Source of the DNA: Mobula hypostoma
Taxonomy: Eukaryota
Direction of reading: 5' to 3'
Assembly: GCF_963921235.1 (NCBI RefSeq)
Contig: NC_086097.1
Location: 99,698,001-99,762,000, forward strand
Length of the DNA: 64,000 nt
Position 1 is the stretch's first letter, and the number at the start of each line of letters is the position of its first letter. Shown in pieces: positions 62,560 to 64,000 of the stretch. The translations under genes were made by a program, and so were the position numbers. Under the pieces are notes generated by a model that saw nothing but the letters and a program-made list of their open reading frames with translations, searched no databases and had not been told where the DNA came from.

Positions 62560-64000
62560 CCTGTCTCTATCTCTAACAGGGGGTCCTCGGGGCGGGGGGG
62601 TGTTCTGAAAGCCTGATCATTGCTGCCCATATCGCCCATCCTTCGTGACCCCGCTACTGGGTCCCAAAAGGATTTCGCATAGAATCAGGGGCTGAGCCTC
62701 TGAAGATCTCCCTGTCCTTCATTCCAGGGCCTCCTTCCTTTACTACAGCATGCCCCAGCTCAGTATCCTTTCCTACCACATTTCCTTAGGGAATTCCTGA
62801 CTGTTGTCCCGGCGCGTCGGTCGCGCACCGGTGTCCCATTCTCCTCCCTTCCGCACGTACTGTCCTCCCTTTCCCTGGTGCGTGTGTACTGTAATCCGTT
62901 TCTATCCATATTAATCAAGGAGGTACTGCAGCAATATCATTCCTTTGCTGTGTTTACCGATTCAGATTAGTTAATTTAAAAGAGTGAGCCATCTCCGGTC
63001 GAAGGCAGTTCAGAAACGTTTGCACAGCTAGCGGGCTATTTTGCTGATTGGGGGCAGGTACCGTGGAAACGGGCAATGAAATCGGTAATGGTTTCGCCCT
63101 TTTTCTGCTTCCCCAAAATCCCTGCGTTGTCTTGCTGCAGCGAGAATGGCGCATTTAATCCCTTCTAACCAATTGTTCATTCCATCTATGAGGGTACCAT
63201 TTGCAGGAGAACCCAGTCGCCCCTCGGTCCTCAATTGACGGGGGGCATCATGTTCCATAAACTACTTTAAGCATTGCCCGCACGTCTCCAGGTAGCGCGT
63301 TCAACATTGGACGGGCCTGGACCAACCAACTGTGAGAAGCCAGAGGCTTGCGGAGAAGTTTGGGAGCGTCACTAATCACAGTCCGTAGTTCAGCCGGGGT
63401 CCATGGTTTTAGTATGGGCATATCTCCTACCATAAAGCGCCGCTCCCTCAGGTATTCCCGGGCTGTCAGCGGACCCTGGTGCCCCGGCCTCTGCTGTTAC
63501 CCGAGGAACCCGTACAGGTGGCCAGAGCACCCGTCCTATCCGGGTCTCCCTTTATCAGGTCCCGCTCACCTTGGCTTACCCCCCTTGTTGCGCGGGGGCA
63601 GCAGCTTGCTCGGATGCCGAGACCCGCCACAGCCGCTAAACCTCTATTATTCCCATGCCCCCGGGGAGCTCCGGGTAAGTTATCTGAGGGCCCAGACCGG
63701 TGCCCGAGGCAGACGGAGCCGATGGTTCTGATGGGGGGTTCCTCCGCCTCCTGACGGGTCGAGTTTTCTTCTTTCTTAGGTTTAATCGTTGGTGCCGATG
63801 CCGTCCTGCCTCCTCCTCCCACTTACTAAAACACCGCATCGTATATTCTGAGTCCCAGTGTGGCTCCTGAAGCGCATCTTCAATAACTCCAAAAGACTGA
63901 AGCTGGGTAACATACTGAAAGGCTTTTACTCGCTGCTCCATGCTGAGCGTCTGCCCCCGGACTGAGGGGGAGGGGGCAAGGCGGAGACCTTTATACAGAA
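62560..64000 (-). pseudogene. gag: ERV gag remnant (5' part may extend beyond the window)
   Basis: Capsid-like KPWTPAELRTVISDAP, WLEGIKCAIL and VQTFLNCLRPEMA upstream of pol on the same strand; frameshifted. Confidence 0.7.

Overview
Vertebrate genomic DNA. The repeat landscape (CR1, Rex1/Babar, Penelope-like, Nimb, L1) suggests a cartilaginous fish, but that is inference. One host gene is present: NUSAP1 on the + strand, with 12 coding exons at 27912-49300 that splice into one 1449-nt frame (482 aa + stop), behind a compact G2/M-type promoter. Upstream lie a ~13.2-kb minisatellite of 34-bp units (about 3102-16298) and a 10.1-kb KIAA1586-like hAT transposon (17534-27680). The hAT carries a Tigger fragment, a full-length CR1 (itself interrupted by Rex1) and a second CR1, and it ends about 100 bp from the NUSAP1 promoter motifs. 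Downstream, on the - strand, is a decayed class I (gamma/epsilon-like) endogenous retrovirus (3' LTR, PPT, env, pol, gag; its 5' end runs off the window) with four-level nested insertions. I found no convincing novel multi-gene system. The best leads are the possible LTR origin of the minisatellite, the hAT/MITE pair, the ERV, and NUSAP1 motif changes (SxIP, KEN). All family assignments rest on motifs recognised by eye; no searches were run.
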